This document shows, piece by piece, positions 24,601-37,480 of a DNA stretch of 64,000 nucleotides. Made by a program: the position numbers and the translations under genes. The first letter of the stretch is position 1; every line of letters starts with the position of its first letter. The notes beneath the pieces were generated by a model. It did no database searches. It worked only from the letters and a program-made list of their open reading frames with translations, and was not told the origin of the DNA. Origin of the DNA: Eledone cirrhosa (lineage: Eukaryota); contig OZ024744.1 in the NCBI GenBank assembly GCA_964016885.1, positions 22,506,001 to 22,570,000 of the forward strand, written 5' to 3'.

Positions 24601-26950
24601 GTCAGTTAGGTTGACATTGATAACATAGGTGGGATGTTGTCGTGGTCAGTTAGCTTGACATAGATAACATAGGTGGGATGTTGTCGTGGTGGTCAGTTAG
24701 GTTGACATAGATAACATAGGTGGGAAGTTGTCGTGGTCAGTTAGGTTGACTTAGATAACATAGAGTGAGATGTTGTCGTGGTGGTCAGTTAGGTTGATAT
24801 AGATAACATAGAGTGAGATGTTGTCGTGGTGGTCAGTTAGGTTGACATAGATAACATAGGTGGGATGTTGTCGTGGTGGTCAGTTAGGTTGACATAGATA
24901 ACATAGGTGGGATGTTGTCGTGGTCAGTTAGGTTGGCATAGATAACATAGGTGGGATGTTGTCGTGGTGGTCAGTTAGGTTGACATAGATAACATAGAGT
25001 AGGATGTTGTCGTGGTGGTCAGTTAGGTTGACATAGATAACATAGGTGGGATGTTGTCGTCGTCATTTAGGTTGACTTAGATAACATAGAGTGAGATGTT
25101 GTCGTGGTGGTCAGTTAGGTTGATATAGATAACATAGAGTGAGATGTTGTCGTGGTGTTCAGTTAGGTTTACATAGATAACATAGAGTGAGATGTTGTCG
25201 TGGTGGTCAGTTAGGTTGACATAGATAACATAGAGCGAGATGTTGTCGTGGTGGTCAGTTAGGTTGACATAGATAACATATGTGGGATGTTGTCGTCGTG
25301 CTCAGTTAGGTTGACATAGATAACATAGAGTGAGATGTTGTCGTGGTGGTCAGTTAGGTTGACATAGATAACATAGGTGGGATGTTGTCGTGGTGGTCAG
25401 TTAGGTTGACATAGATAACATAGGTGGGATCTTGTCGTGGTCAGTTAGGTTGGCATAGATAACATAGGTGGGATGTTGTCGTGGTGGTCAGTTAGGTTGA
25501 CATAGATAACATAGGTGGGATGTTGTCGTGGTGGTCAGTTAGGTTGACATAGATAACATAGGTGGAATGTTGTCGTGGTGTTCAGTTAGGTTGACATAGA
25601 TAACATAGGTGGAATGTTGTCGTGGTCAGTTAGGTTGACATAGATAACATAGGTGGGATGTTGTCGTGGTGGTCAGTTAGGTTGACATAGATAACATAGG
25701 TGGGATGTTGTCGTGGTGGTCAGTTAGGTTGACATAGATAACATAGGTGGGATGTTGTCGTGGTGGTCAGTTAGGTTGACATTAATAACATAGGTGGGAT
25801 GTTGTCGTGGTCAGTTAGCTTGACATAGATAACATAGAGTGAGATGTTGTTGTGGTGGTCAGTTAGGTTGACATAGATAACATAGAGTGAGATGTTGTCG
25901 TGGTGTTCAGTTAGGTTGACATAGATAACATAGAGTGAGATGTTGCCGTGGTGGTCAGTTAGGTTGACATAGATAACATAGAGTGGGATGCTGTCGTGGT
26001 GGTCAGTTAGGTTCACATAGATAACATAGGTGGGATGTTGTCGTCGTGGTCAGTTAGGTTGACATATATAACATAGAGTGAAATGTTGTCGTGGTGGTCA
26101 GTTAGGTTGACATAGATATCATAGGTGGGATGTTGTCGTGGTGGTCAGTTAGGTTGACATAGATAACATAGAGTGAAATGCTGTCTTGGTGGTCAGTTAG
26201 GTTGACATAGATAACATAGATGGGATGTTGTCGTGGTGGTCAGTTAGGTTGACATAGATAACATAAGTGGGATGTTGTCGTGGTCAGTTAGGTTGACATA
26301 GATAACATAGGTGTATGTTGTCGTGGTGGTCAGTTAGGTTGACATAGATAACATAGGTGGGATGTTGTCGTGGTGGTCAGTTAGGTTGACGTAGATAACA
26401 TAGAGTGAGATGTTGTCGTGGTGGTCAGTTAGGTTGACATAGATAACATAGGTGGGATGTTGTCGTGGTGGTCAGTTACGTTGACATAGATAACATAGGT
26501 GGGATGCTGTCGTGCTCAGTTAGGTTGACATAGATAACATAGGTGGGATGTTGTCGTGGTGGTCAGTTAGGTTGACATAGATAACATAGGTGGGATGTTG
26601 TCGTGGTGGTCAGTTAGGTTGACATAGATAACATAGGTGGGGTGTTGTCGTGGTGGTCAGTTAGGTTGACATAGATAACATAGAGTGAGATGTTGTCGTG
26701 GCGGTTAGTTAGGTTGACATAGATAAAAAAGGTGGGATGTTGTCGTGGTGGTCAGTTAGGTTGACATTGATAACATAGGTGGGATGTTGTCGTGGTCAGT
26801 TAGCTTGACATAGATAACATAGGTGGGATGTTGTCGTGGTGGTCAGTTAGGTTGACATAGATAACATAGGTGGGAAGTTGTCGTGGTCAGTTAGGTTGAC
26901 ATAGATAACATAGGTGGGATGTTGTCGTGGTGGTCAGTTAGGTTGACATA
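21700..26950. repeat. Imperfect ~2.1-kb higher-order repeats of the central domain
   Basis: GGGAAGTTG at 22671, 24722 and 26872 (spacings 2,051 and 2,150). Each is preceded by the same string GTGAAATGCTG / TAGATGGG / ATAAGTGGG / GGTGTATG / GTTACGTT / GGGGTG / GGCGGTTAG. Confidence 0.8.
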
Positions 26951-29399
26951 GATAACATAGAGTGGGATGTTGTCGTGGTGGTCAGTTAGGTTGACATGAG
27001 TTAACATAGGTGGGATGTTGTCGTGGTCAGTTAGATTGACTTAGATAAAATAGAGTGAGATGTTGTCGTGGTGGTCAGTCAGGTTGATATAGATAACATA
27101 GAGTGAGATGTTGTCGTGGTTTTCAGTTAGGTTTACATAGATAACATAGAGTGAGATGTTGTCGTGGTGGTCAGTTAGGTTGACATAGATAACATAGAGC
27201 GGGATGTTGTCGTGGTGGTCAGTTAGGTTGACATAGATAACATAGGTGGGATGCTGTCGTGGTCAGTTAGGTTGACATAGATAACATAGGTGGGATGTTG
27301 TCGTGGTGGTCAGTTAGGTTGACATAGATAACATAGGTGGGATGTTGTCGTGGTGGTCAGTTAGGTTGACATAGATAACATAGGTGGGGTGTTGTCGTGG
27401 TGGTCAGTTAGGTTGACATAGATAACATAGAGTGAGATGTTGTCGTGGCGGTTAGTTAGGTTGACATAGATAAAATAGGTGGGATGTTGTCGTGGTGGTC
27501 AGTTAGGTTGACATTGATAACATAGGTGGGATGTTGTCGTGGTCAGTTAGCTCGACATAGATAACATAGAGTGAGATGTTGTCGTGGTGGTCAGTTAGGT
27601 TGACATAGATAAGACAGAGTGAGATGTTGTCGTGGTGTTCAGTTAGGTTGACATAGATAACATAGAGTGTGATGTTGTCGTGGTGGTCAGTTAGGTTGAC
27701 ATAGATAACATAGAGTGGGATGTTGTCGTGGTGGTCAGTTAGGTTGACATAGATAACATAGAGTGGGATGTTCTCGTGGTGGTCAGTTAGGTTGACATAG
27801 ATAATATAGGTGGGATGTTGTCGTCGTGGTCAGTCAGGTTGACATATATAACATAGAGTGAGATGTTGTCGTGGTGGTCAGTTAGGTTGACATAGATATC
27901 AGAGGTGGGATGTTGTCGTGGTGGTCAGTTAGTTTGACATAGATAACATAGAGTGAGATGTTGTCGTGGTGGTCAGTTAGGTTGACATAGATAACATAGG
28001 TGGGATGTTGTCGTGGTGGTCAGTTAGGTTGATATAGATAACATAGGTGGGATGTTGTCGTGGTCAGTTAGGTTGACATAGATAACATAGGTGGGATGTT
28101 GTCGTGGTGGTCAGTTAGGTTGACATAGATAACATAGGTGGGATGTTGTCGTGGTGGTCAGTTAGGTTGACATAGATAACATAGAGTGGGATGTTGTCGT
28201 GGTGGTCAGTTAGGTTGACATGAATTAACATAGGTGGGATGTTGTCGTGGTCAGTTAGGTTGACTTAGATAACATAGAGTGAGATGTTGTCGTGGTGGTC
28301 AGTCAGGTTGATATAGATAACATAGAGTGAGATGTTGTCGTGGTTTTCAGTTAGGTTTACATAGATAACATAGAGTGAGATGTTGTCGTGGTGGTCAGTT
28401 ACGTTGACATAGATAACATAGAGCGGGATGTTGTCGAGGTGGTCAGTTAGGTTGACATGAGTTAACATAGGTGGGATGTTGTCGTGGTCAGTTAGGTTGA
28501 CTTAGATAACATAGAGTGAGATGTTGTCGTGGTTGTCAGTTAGGTTGACATAGATAACATAGAGTGGGATATTGTCGTGGTGGTCAGACAGGTTGATATA
28601 GATAACATAGAGTGAGATGTTGTCGTGGTGGTCAGTTAGGTTGACATAGATAACATAGGTGGGATGCTGTCGTGGTCAGTTAGGTTGACATAGATAACAT
28701 AGGTGGGATGTTGTCGTGGTGGTCAGTTAGGTTGACATAGATAACATAGGTGGGATGTTGTCGTGGTGGTCAGTTAGGTTGACATAGATAACATAGGTGG
28801 GGTGTTGTCGTGGTGGTCAGTTAGGTTGACATAGATAACATAGAGTGAGATGTTGTCGTGGCGGTTAGTTAGGTTGACATAGATAAAATAGGTGGGATGT
28901 TGTCGTGGTGGTCAGTTAGGTTGACATTGATAACATAGGTGGGATGTTGTCGTGGTCAGTTAGCTCGACATAGATAACATAGAGTGAGATGTTGTCGTGG
29001 TGGTCAGTTAGGTTGACATAGATAACACAGAGTGAGATGTTGTCGTGGTGTTCAGTTAGGTTGACATAGATAACATAGAGTGTGATGTTGTCGTGGTGGT
29101 CAGTTAGGTTGACATAGATAACATAGAGTGGGATGTTGTCGTGGTGGTCAGTTAGGTTGACATAGATAACATAGAGTGAGATGTTGTCGTGGTGGTCAGT
29201 TAGGTTGACATAGATAACATAGGTGGGATGTTGTCGTGGTCAGTTAGGTTGACATAGATAACATAGGTGGAATGTTGTCGTGGTGGTCAGTTAGGTTGAC
29301 ATAGATAACATAGGTGGGATGTTGTCGTGGTGGTCAGTTAGGTTGACATAGATAACATAGGTGGGATGTTGTCGTGGTGGTCAGTTAGGTTGACATAGA

Positions 29400-32250
29400 T
29401 AACATAGAGTGGGATGTTGTCGTGGTGGTCAGTTAGGTTGACATGAGTTAACATAGGTGGGATGTTGTCGTGGTCAGTTAGGTTGACTTAGATAACATAG
29501 AGTGAGATGTTGTCGTGGTGGTCAGTCAGGTTGATATAGATAACATAGAGTGAGATGTTGTCGTGGTTTTCAGTTAGGTTTACATAGATAACATAGAGTG
29601 AGATGTTGTCGTGGTGGACAGTTACGTTGACATAGATAACATAGAGCGGGATGTTGTCGTGGTGGTCAGTTAGGTTGACATAGATAAAACAATTGAGATG
29701 TTGTCGTGGTGGTCAGTTAGGTTGACATAGATAACATAGGTGGGATGTTGTCGTGGTAAGTTAGGTTGACATAGATAACATAGAGTGAGATGTTGTCGTG
29801 GTTGTCAGTTAGGTTGACATAGATAACATAGAGTGGGATATTGTCGTGGTGGTCAGTCAGGTTGATATAGATAACATAGAGTGAGATGTTGTCGTGGTGG
29901 TCAGTTAGGTTGACATAGATAACATAGGTGGGATGTTGTCGTGGTGGTCAGTTAGGTTGACATAGATAACATAGGTGGGATGTTGTCGTGGTCAGTTAGG
30001 TTGGCATAGATAACATAGGTGGGATGTTGTCGTGGTGGTCAGTTAGGTTGACATAGATAACATAGGTGGGATGTTGTCGTGGTGGTCAGTTAGGTTGACA
30101 TAGATAACATAGGTGGGATGTTGTCGTGGTGGCCAGTTAGGTTGACATAGATAACATTGGTGGAATGTTGTCGTGGTCAGTTAGGTTGACATAGATAACA
30201 TAGGTGGGGTGTTGTCGTGGTGGTCAGTTAGGTTGACATAGATAACATAGAGTGAGATGTTGTCGTGGTGGTCAGTTAGGTTGACATATATAAAATAGGT
30301 GGGATGTTGTCGTGGTGGTCAGTTAGGTTGACATTAATAACATAGGTGGGATGTTGTCGTGGTCAGTTAGCTTGACATAGATAACATAGAGTGAGATGTT
30401 GTCGTTGTGGTCAGTTAGGTTGACATAGATAACATAGAGTGGGATGCTGTCGTGGTGGTCAGTTAGGTTGACATAGATAACATAGGTGGGATGTTGTCGT
30501 GGTCAGTTAGCTTGACATAGAAAACATAGAGTGAGATGTTGCCGTGGTGGTCAGTTAGGTTGACATAGATAACATAGAGTGGGATGCTGTCGTGGTGGTC
30601 AGTTAGGTTGACATAGATAACATAGGTGGGATGTTGTCGTCGTGGTCAGTTAGGTTGACATATATAACATAGAGTGAAATGTTGTCGTGGTGGTCAGTTA
30701 GGTTGACATGGATATCATAGGTGGGACGTTGTCGTGGTGGTCAGTTAGGTTGACATAGATAATATAGAGTGAGATGCTGTCGTGGTGGTCAGTTAGGTTG
30801 ACATAGATAACATAGGTGGGATGTTGTCGTGGTGGTCAGTTAGGTTGACATAGATAACATAAGTGGGATGTTGTCGTGGTCAGTTAGGTTGACATAGATA
30901 ACATAGGTGTATGTTGTCGTGGTTGTCAGTTAGGTTGACATAGATAACATAGGTGGGATGTTGTCGTGGTGGTCAGTTAGGTTGACGTAGATAACATAGA
31001 GTGAGATGTTGTCGTGGTGGTCAGTTAGGTTGACATAGATAACATAGGTGGGATGTTGTCGTGGTGGTCAGTTAGGTTGACATAGATAACATAGGTGGGA
31101 TGTTGTCGTGGTGGTCAGTTAGGTTGACATAGATAACATAGGTGGGATGTTGTCGTGGTGGTCAGTTAGGTTGACATAGATCACATAGAGTGGGATGTTG
31201 TCGTGGTGGTCAGTTAGGTTGACATGAGTTAACATAGGTGGGATGTTGTCGTGGTCAGTTAGGTTGACTTAGATAACATAGAGTGAGATGTTGTCGTGGT
31301 GGTCAGTCAGGTTGATATAGATAACATAGAGTGAGATGTTGTCGTGGTTTTCAGTTAGGTTTACATAGATAACATAGAGTGAGATGTTGTCGTGGTGGTC
31401 AGTTACGTTGACATAGATAACATAGAGCGGGATGTTGTCGTGGTCAGTTAGGTTGGCATAGATAACATAGGTGGGATGTTGTCGTGGTGGTCAGTTAGGT
31501 TGACATAGATTAAACAATTGAGATGTTGTCGTGGTGGTCAGTTAGGTTGACATAGATAACATAGGTGGGATGTTGTCGTGGTAAGTTAGGTTGACATAGA
31601 TAACATAGAGTGAGATGTTGTCGTGGTTGTCAGTTAGGTTGACATAGATAACATAGAGTGGGATATTGTCGTGGTGGTCAGTCAGGTTGATATAGATAAC
31701 ATAGAGTGAGATGTTGTCGTGGTGGTCAGTTAGGTTGACATAGATAACATAGGTGGGATGTTGTCGTGGTGGTCAGTTAGGTTGACATAGATAACATAGG
31801 TGGGATGTTGTCGTGGTCAGTTAGGTTGGCATAGATAACATAGGTGGGATGTTGTCGTGGTGGTCAGTTAGGTTGACATAGATAACATAGGTGGGATGTT
31901 GTCGTGGTGGTCAGTTAGGTTGACATAGATAACATAGGTGGGATGTTGTCGTGGTGGCCAGTTAGGTTGACATAGATAACATTGGTGGAATGTTGTCGTG
32001 GTCAGTTAGGTTGACATAGATAACATAGGTGGGGTGTTGTCGTGGTGGTCAGTTAGGTTGACATAGATAACATAGAGTGAGATGTTGTCGTGGTGGTCAG
32101 TTAGGTTGACATTAATAACATAGGTGGGATATTGTCGTGGTCAGTTAGCTTGACATAGATAACATAGAGTGAGATGTTGTCGTTGTGGTCAGTTAGGTTG
32201 ACATAGATAACATAGAGTGAGAAGTTGTCGTGGTGTTCAGTTAGGTTGAC
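29400..32250. repeat. Higher-order duplicate pair ~29400-30420 and ~31180-32200 (offset about 1,825); a third partial copy lies at ~34270-35280
   Basis: TCGTGGTAAG at 29751 and 31576; AAACAATTGAG, GGGATATTG, GGTGGCCAG, ACATTGGTGGAA and GTCGTTGTGG are shared in order. Confidence 0.82.
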
Positions 32251-35200
32251 ATAGATAACATAGAGTGGGATGCTGTCGTGGTGGTCAGTTAGGTTGACAT
32301 AGATAACATAGGTGGGATGTTGTCGTCGTGGTCAGTTAGGTTGACATATATAACATAGAGTGAAATGTTGTCGTGGTGGTCAGTTAGGTTGACATGGATA
32401 TCATAGGTGGGATGTTGTCGTGGTGGTCAGTTAGGTTGACATAGATAACATAGGTGGGATGTTGTCGTGGTGGTCATTTAGGTTGACATAGATAACATAA
32501 GTGGGATGTTGTCGTGGTCAGTTAGGTTGACATAGATAACATAGGTGTATGTTGTCGTGGTTGTCAGTTAGGTTGACATAGATAACATAGGTGGGATGTT
32601 GTCGTGGTGGTCAGTTAGGTTGACGTAGATAACATAGAGTGAGATGTTGTCGTGGTGGTCAGTTAGGTTGACATAGATAACATAGGTGGGATGTTGTCGT
32701 GGTGGTCAGTTAGGTTGACATAGATAACATAGGTGGGATGCTGTCGTGGTCAGTTAGGTTGACATAGATAACATAGGTGGGATGTTGTCGTGGTGGTCAG
32801 TTAGGTTGACATAGATAACATAGGTGGGATGTTGTCGTGGTGGTCAGTTAGGTTGACATAGATAACATAGGTGTGGTGTTGTCGTGGTGGTCAGTTAGGT
32901 TGACATAGATAACATAGAGTGAGATGTTGTCGTGGCGGTTAGTTAGGTTGACATAGATAAAATAGGTGGGATGTTGTCGTGGTGGTCAGTTAGGTTGACA
33001 TTGATAACATAGGTGGGATGTTGTCGTGGTCAGTTAGCTTGACATAGATAACATAGAGTGAGATGTTGTCGTGGTGGTCAGTTAGGTTGACATAGATAAC
33101 ACAGAGTGAGATGTTGTCGTGGTGTTCAGTTAGGTTGACATAGATAACATAGAGTGAGATGTTGTCGTGGTGGTCTGTTAGGTTGACATAGATATCATAG
33201 AGTGGGATGTTGTCGTCGTGGTCAGTTAGGTTGACATATATAACATAGAGTGAGTTGTTTTCTGGTGGTCAGTTAGGTTGACATAGATATCATAGGTGAG
33301 ATGTTGTCGTGGTGGTCAGTTAAGTTGACATAGATAACATAGAGTGAGATGTTGTCGTGGTGGTCAGTTAGGTTGACATAGATAACATAGGTGGGATGTT
33401 GTCGTGGTGGTCAGTTAGGTTGACATAGATAACATAGGTGGGATTTTGTCGTGGTCAGTTAGGTTGACATAGATAACATAGGTGGGATGTTGTCGTGGTT
33501 GTCAGTTAGGTTGACATAGATAACATAGGTGGGATGTTCGTGGTGGTCAGTTAGGTTGACATAGATAACATAGAGTGAGATGTTGTCGTGGCGGTTAGTT
33601 AGGTTGACATAGATAAAATAGGTGGGATGTTGTCGTGGTGGTCAGTTAGGTTGACATTGATAACATAGGTGGGATGTTGTCGTGGTCAGTTAGCTCGACA
33701 TAGATAACATAGAGTGTGATGTTGTCGTGGTGGTCAGTTAGGTTGACATAGATAACATAGAGTGGGATGTTGTCGTGGTGGTCAGTTAGGTTGACATAGA
33801 TAACATAGAGTGGGATGTTCTCGTGGTGGTCAGTTAGGTTGACATAGATAACATAGGTGGGATGTTGTCGTCGTGGTCAGTCAGGTTGACATATATAACA
33901 TAGAGTGAGATGTTGTCGTGGTGGTCAGTTAGGTTGACATAGATATCATAGGTGGGATGTTGTCGTGGTGGTCAGTTAGTTTGACATAGATAACATAGAG
34001 TGAGATGTTGTCGTGGTGGTCAGTTAGGTTGACATAGATAACATAGGTGGGATGTTGTCGTGGTGGTCAGTTAGGTTGATATAGATAACATAGGTGGGAT
34101 GTTGTCGTGGTCAGTTAGGTTGACATTGATAACATAGGTGGGATGTTGTCGTGGTCAGTTAGCTCGACATAGATAACATAGGTGGGATGTTGTCGTGGTG
34201 GTCTGTTAGGTTGACATAGATAACATAGGTGGGATGTTGTCGTGGTGGTCAGTTAGGTTGACATAGATAACATAGAGTGGGATGTTGTCGTGGTGGTCAG
34301 TTAGGTTGACATGAGTTAACATAGGTGGGATGTTGTCGTGGTCAGTTAGGTTGACTTAGATAACATAGAGTGAGATGTTGTCGTGGTGGTCAGTCAGGTT
34401 GACATAGATAACATAGAGTGAGATGTTGTCGTGGTTTTCAGTTAGGTTTACATAGATAACATAGAGTGAGATGTTGTCGTGGTGGTCAGTTACGTTGATA
34501 TAGATAACATAGAGCGGGATGTTGTCGTGGTGGTCAGTTAGGTTGACATAGATAACATAGGTGGGATGTTGTCGTGGTGGTCAGTTAGGTTGACATAGAT
34601 AACATAGGTGGGATGTTGTCGTGGTCAGTTAGGTTGACATAGATAACATAGAGTGAGATGTTGTCGTGGTTGTCAGTGAGGTTGACATAGATAACATAGA
34701 GTGGGATATTGTCGTGGTGGTCAGTCAGATTGATATAGATAACATAGAGTGAGATGTTGTCGTGGTGGTCAGTTAGGTTGACATAGATAACATAGGTGGG
34801 ATGTTGTCGTGGTGGTCAGTTAGGTTGACATAGATAACATAGGTGGGATGTTGTCGTGGTCAGTTAGGTTGGCATAGATAACATAGGTGGGATGTTGTCG
34901 TGGTGGTCAGTTAGGTTGACATAGATAACATAGAGTGAGATGTTGTCGTGGTGGTCAGTTAGGTTGACATAGATAACATAGAGTGAGATGTTGTCGTGGT
35001 GGCCAGTTAGGTTGACATAGATAACATTGGTGGAATGTTGTCGTGGTCAGTTAGGTTGACATAGATAACATAGGTGGGGTGTTGTCGTGGTGGTCAGTTA
35101 GGTTGACATAGATAACATAGAGTGAGATGTTGTCGTGGTGGTCAGTTAGGTTGACATATATAAAATAGGTGGGATGTTGTCGTGGTGGTCAGTTAGGTTG

Positions 35201-36199
35201 ACATTAATAACATAGGTGGGATGTTGTCGTGGTCAGTTAGCTTGACATAGATAACATAGAGTGAGATGTTGTCGTTGTGGTCAGTTAGGTTGATATAGAT
35301 AACATAGGTGGGATGTTGTCGTGGTGGTCAGTTAGGTTGACATAGATAACATAGGTGGGATGTTGTCGTGGTGGTCAGTTAGGTTTACATAGATAACATA
35401 GAGTGAGATGTTGTCGTGGTGGTCAGTTAGCTTGACATAGATAACATAGAGTGAGATGTTGTTGTGGTGGTCAGTTAGGTTGACATAGATAACATAGAGT
35501 GAGAAGTTGTCGTGGTGTTCAGTTAGGTTGACATAGATAACATAGAGTGAGATGTTGCCGTGGTGGTCAGTTAGGTTGACATAGATAACATAGAGTGGGA
35601 TGCTGTCGTGGTGGTCAGTTAGGTTGACATAGATAACATAGGTGGGATGTTGTCGTCGTGGTCAGTTAGGTTGACATAGATAACATAGAGTGGGATGTTG
35701 TCGTGGTGGTCAGTTAGGTTGACATAGATAACATAGGTGGGATGTTGTCGTGGTTGTCAGTTAGGTTGACATAGATAACATAGAGTGGGATGTTGTCGTG
35801 GTGGTCAGTTAGGTTGACGTAGATAACATAGGTGGGATGTTGTCGCCGAGGTCAGTTAGGTTGACATATATAACATAGAGTGAGATGTTGTCGTGGTGGT
35901 CAGTTAGGTTGACATAGATAACATAGAGTGGGATGTTGTCGTGGTGGTCAGTTAGGTTGGCATAGATAACATAGGTGGGATGTTGTCGTGGTGGTCAGTT
36001 AGGTTGACATAGATAACATATAGTGAGATGTTGTCGTGGTGGTCAGTTATGTTGACATAGATAACATAGGTGGGATGTTGTCGTGGTGGTCAGTTAGGTT
36101 GACATAGATAACATAGGTGGGATGTTGTCGTGGTCAGTTAGGTTGACATAGATAACATAGGTGGGATGTTGTCGTGGTGGTCAGTTAGGTTGACATAGA

Positions 36200-37480
36200 T
36201 AACATAGGTGGGATGTTGTCGTGGTGGTCAGTTAGGTTGACGTAGATAACATAGAGGGAGATGTTGTCGTGGTGTTCAGTTAGGTTGACATAGATAACAT
36301 AGGTGGGATGTTGTCGTGGTGGTCAGTTAGGTTGACATAGATAACATAGGTGGGATGTTGTCGTGGTCAGTTAGCTTGACATAGATAACATGGAGTGATA
36401 TGTTGTCGTGGTGGTCAGTTAGGTTGACATAGATAACATAGAGTGAGATGTTGTCGTGGTGTTCAGTTAGGTTGACATAGATAATATAGTGTGAGATGTT
36501 GTCGTGGTGGTCAGTTAGGTTGACATAGATAACATAGAGTGGGATGTTGTCGTGGTGGTCAGTTAGGTTGACATAGATAACATAGAGCGGGATGTTGTCG
36601 TGGTGGTCAGTTAGGTTGACATAGATAACATAGGTGGAAGTTGTCGTCGTGGTCAGTTAGGTTGACATAGATAACATAGGTGGGATGTTGTTGTGGTCAG
36701 TTAGGTTGACATATATAACATAGGTGGAAGTTGTCGTCGTGGTCAGTTAGGTTGACATAGATAACATAGGTGGGATGTTGTTGTGGTCAGTTAGGTTGAC
36801 ATAGATAACATAGGTGGGATGTTGTCGTGGTGGTCAGTTAGGTTGACATAGATAACATAGGTGGGATGTTGTCGTGGTGGTCAGTTAGGTTGACATAGAT
36901 AACATAGAGTGGGATGTTGTCGTGGTGGTCAGTTAGGTTGACATAGATAACATAGGTGGGATGTTGTCGTGGTGGTCAGTTAGGTTGACATAGATAACAT
37001 AGGTGGGATGTTGTCGTGGTGGTCAGTTAGGTTGACGTAGATAACATAGAGTGAGATGTTGTCGTGGTGTTCAGTTAGGTTGACATAGATAACATAGGTG
37101 GGATGTTGTCGTGGTGGTCAGTTAGGTTGACATAGATAACATAGGTGGGATGTTGTCGTGGTCAGTTAGCTTGACATAGATAACATGGAGTGATATGTTG
37201 TCGTGGTGGTCAGTTAGGTTGACATAGATAACATAGAGTGAGATGTTGTCGTGGTGTTCAGTTAGGTTGACATAGATAATATAGTGTGAGATGTTGTCGT
37301 GGTGGTCAGTTAGGTTGACATAGATAACATAGAGTGGGATGTTGTCGTGGTGGTCAGTTAGGTTGACATAGATAACATAGAGCGGGATGTTGTCGTGGTG
37401 GTCAGTTAGGTTGACATAGATAACATAGGTGGAAGTTGTCGTCGTGGTCAGTTAGGTTGACATAGATAACATAGGTGGGA
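36200..37480. repeat. Duplicate pair with 795-bp offset
   Basis: TGGAGTGATA at 36391 and 37186, followed in both copies by AATATAGTGTG, GAGCGGG and GGTGGAAGTTG. Confidence 0.8.

Noticed and set aside
25771-26016. 81-aa minus-strand ORF (MNLTDHHDSIPLYVIY...)
   Set aside because: It is a run of in-frame 48-bp monomers, and the ATG in this frame comes from one SNV (GTTCAC). There is no unique flank, no domain and no gene context.
28265-28468. 67-aa minus-strand ORF (MLTHVNLTDHLDNIPLYVIY...)
   Set aside because: It has the same origin: four consecutive 48-mers, entered through the CATGAGTTAAC variant and ended by a TAA from the GACTTAG variant.
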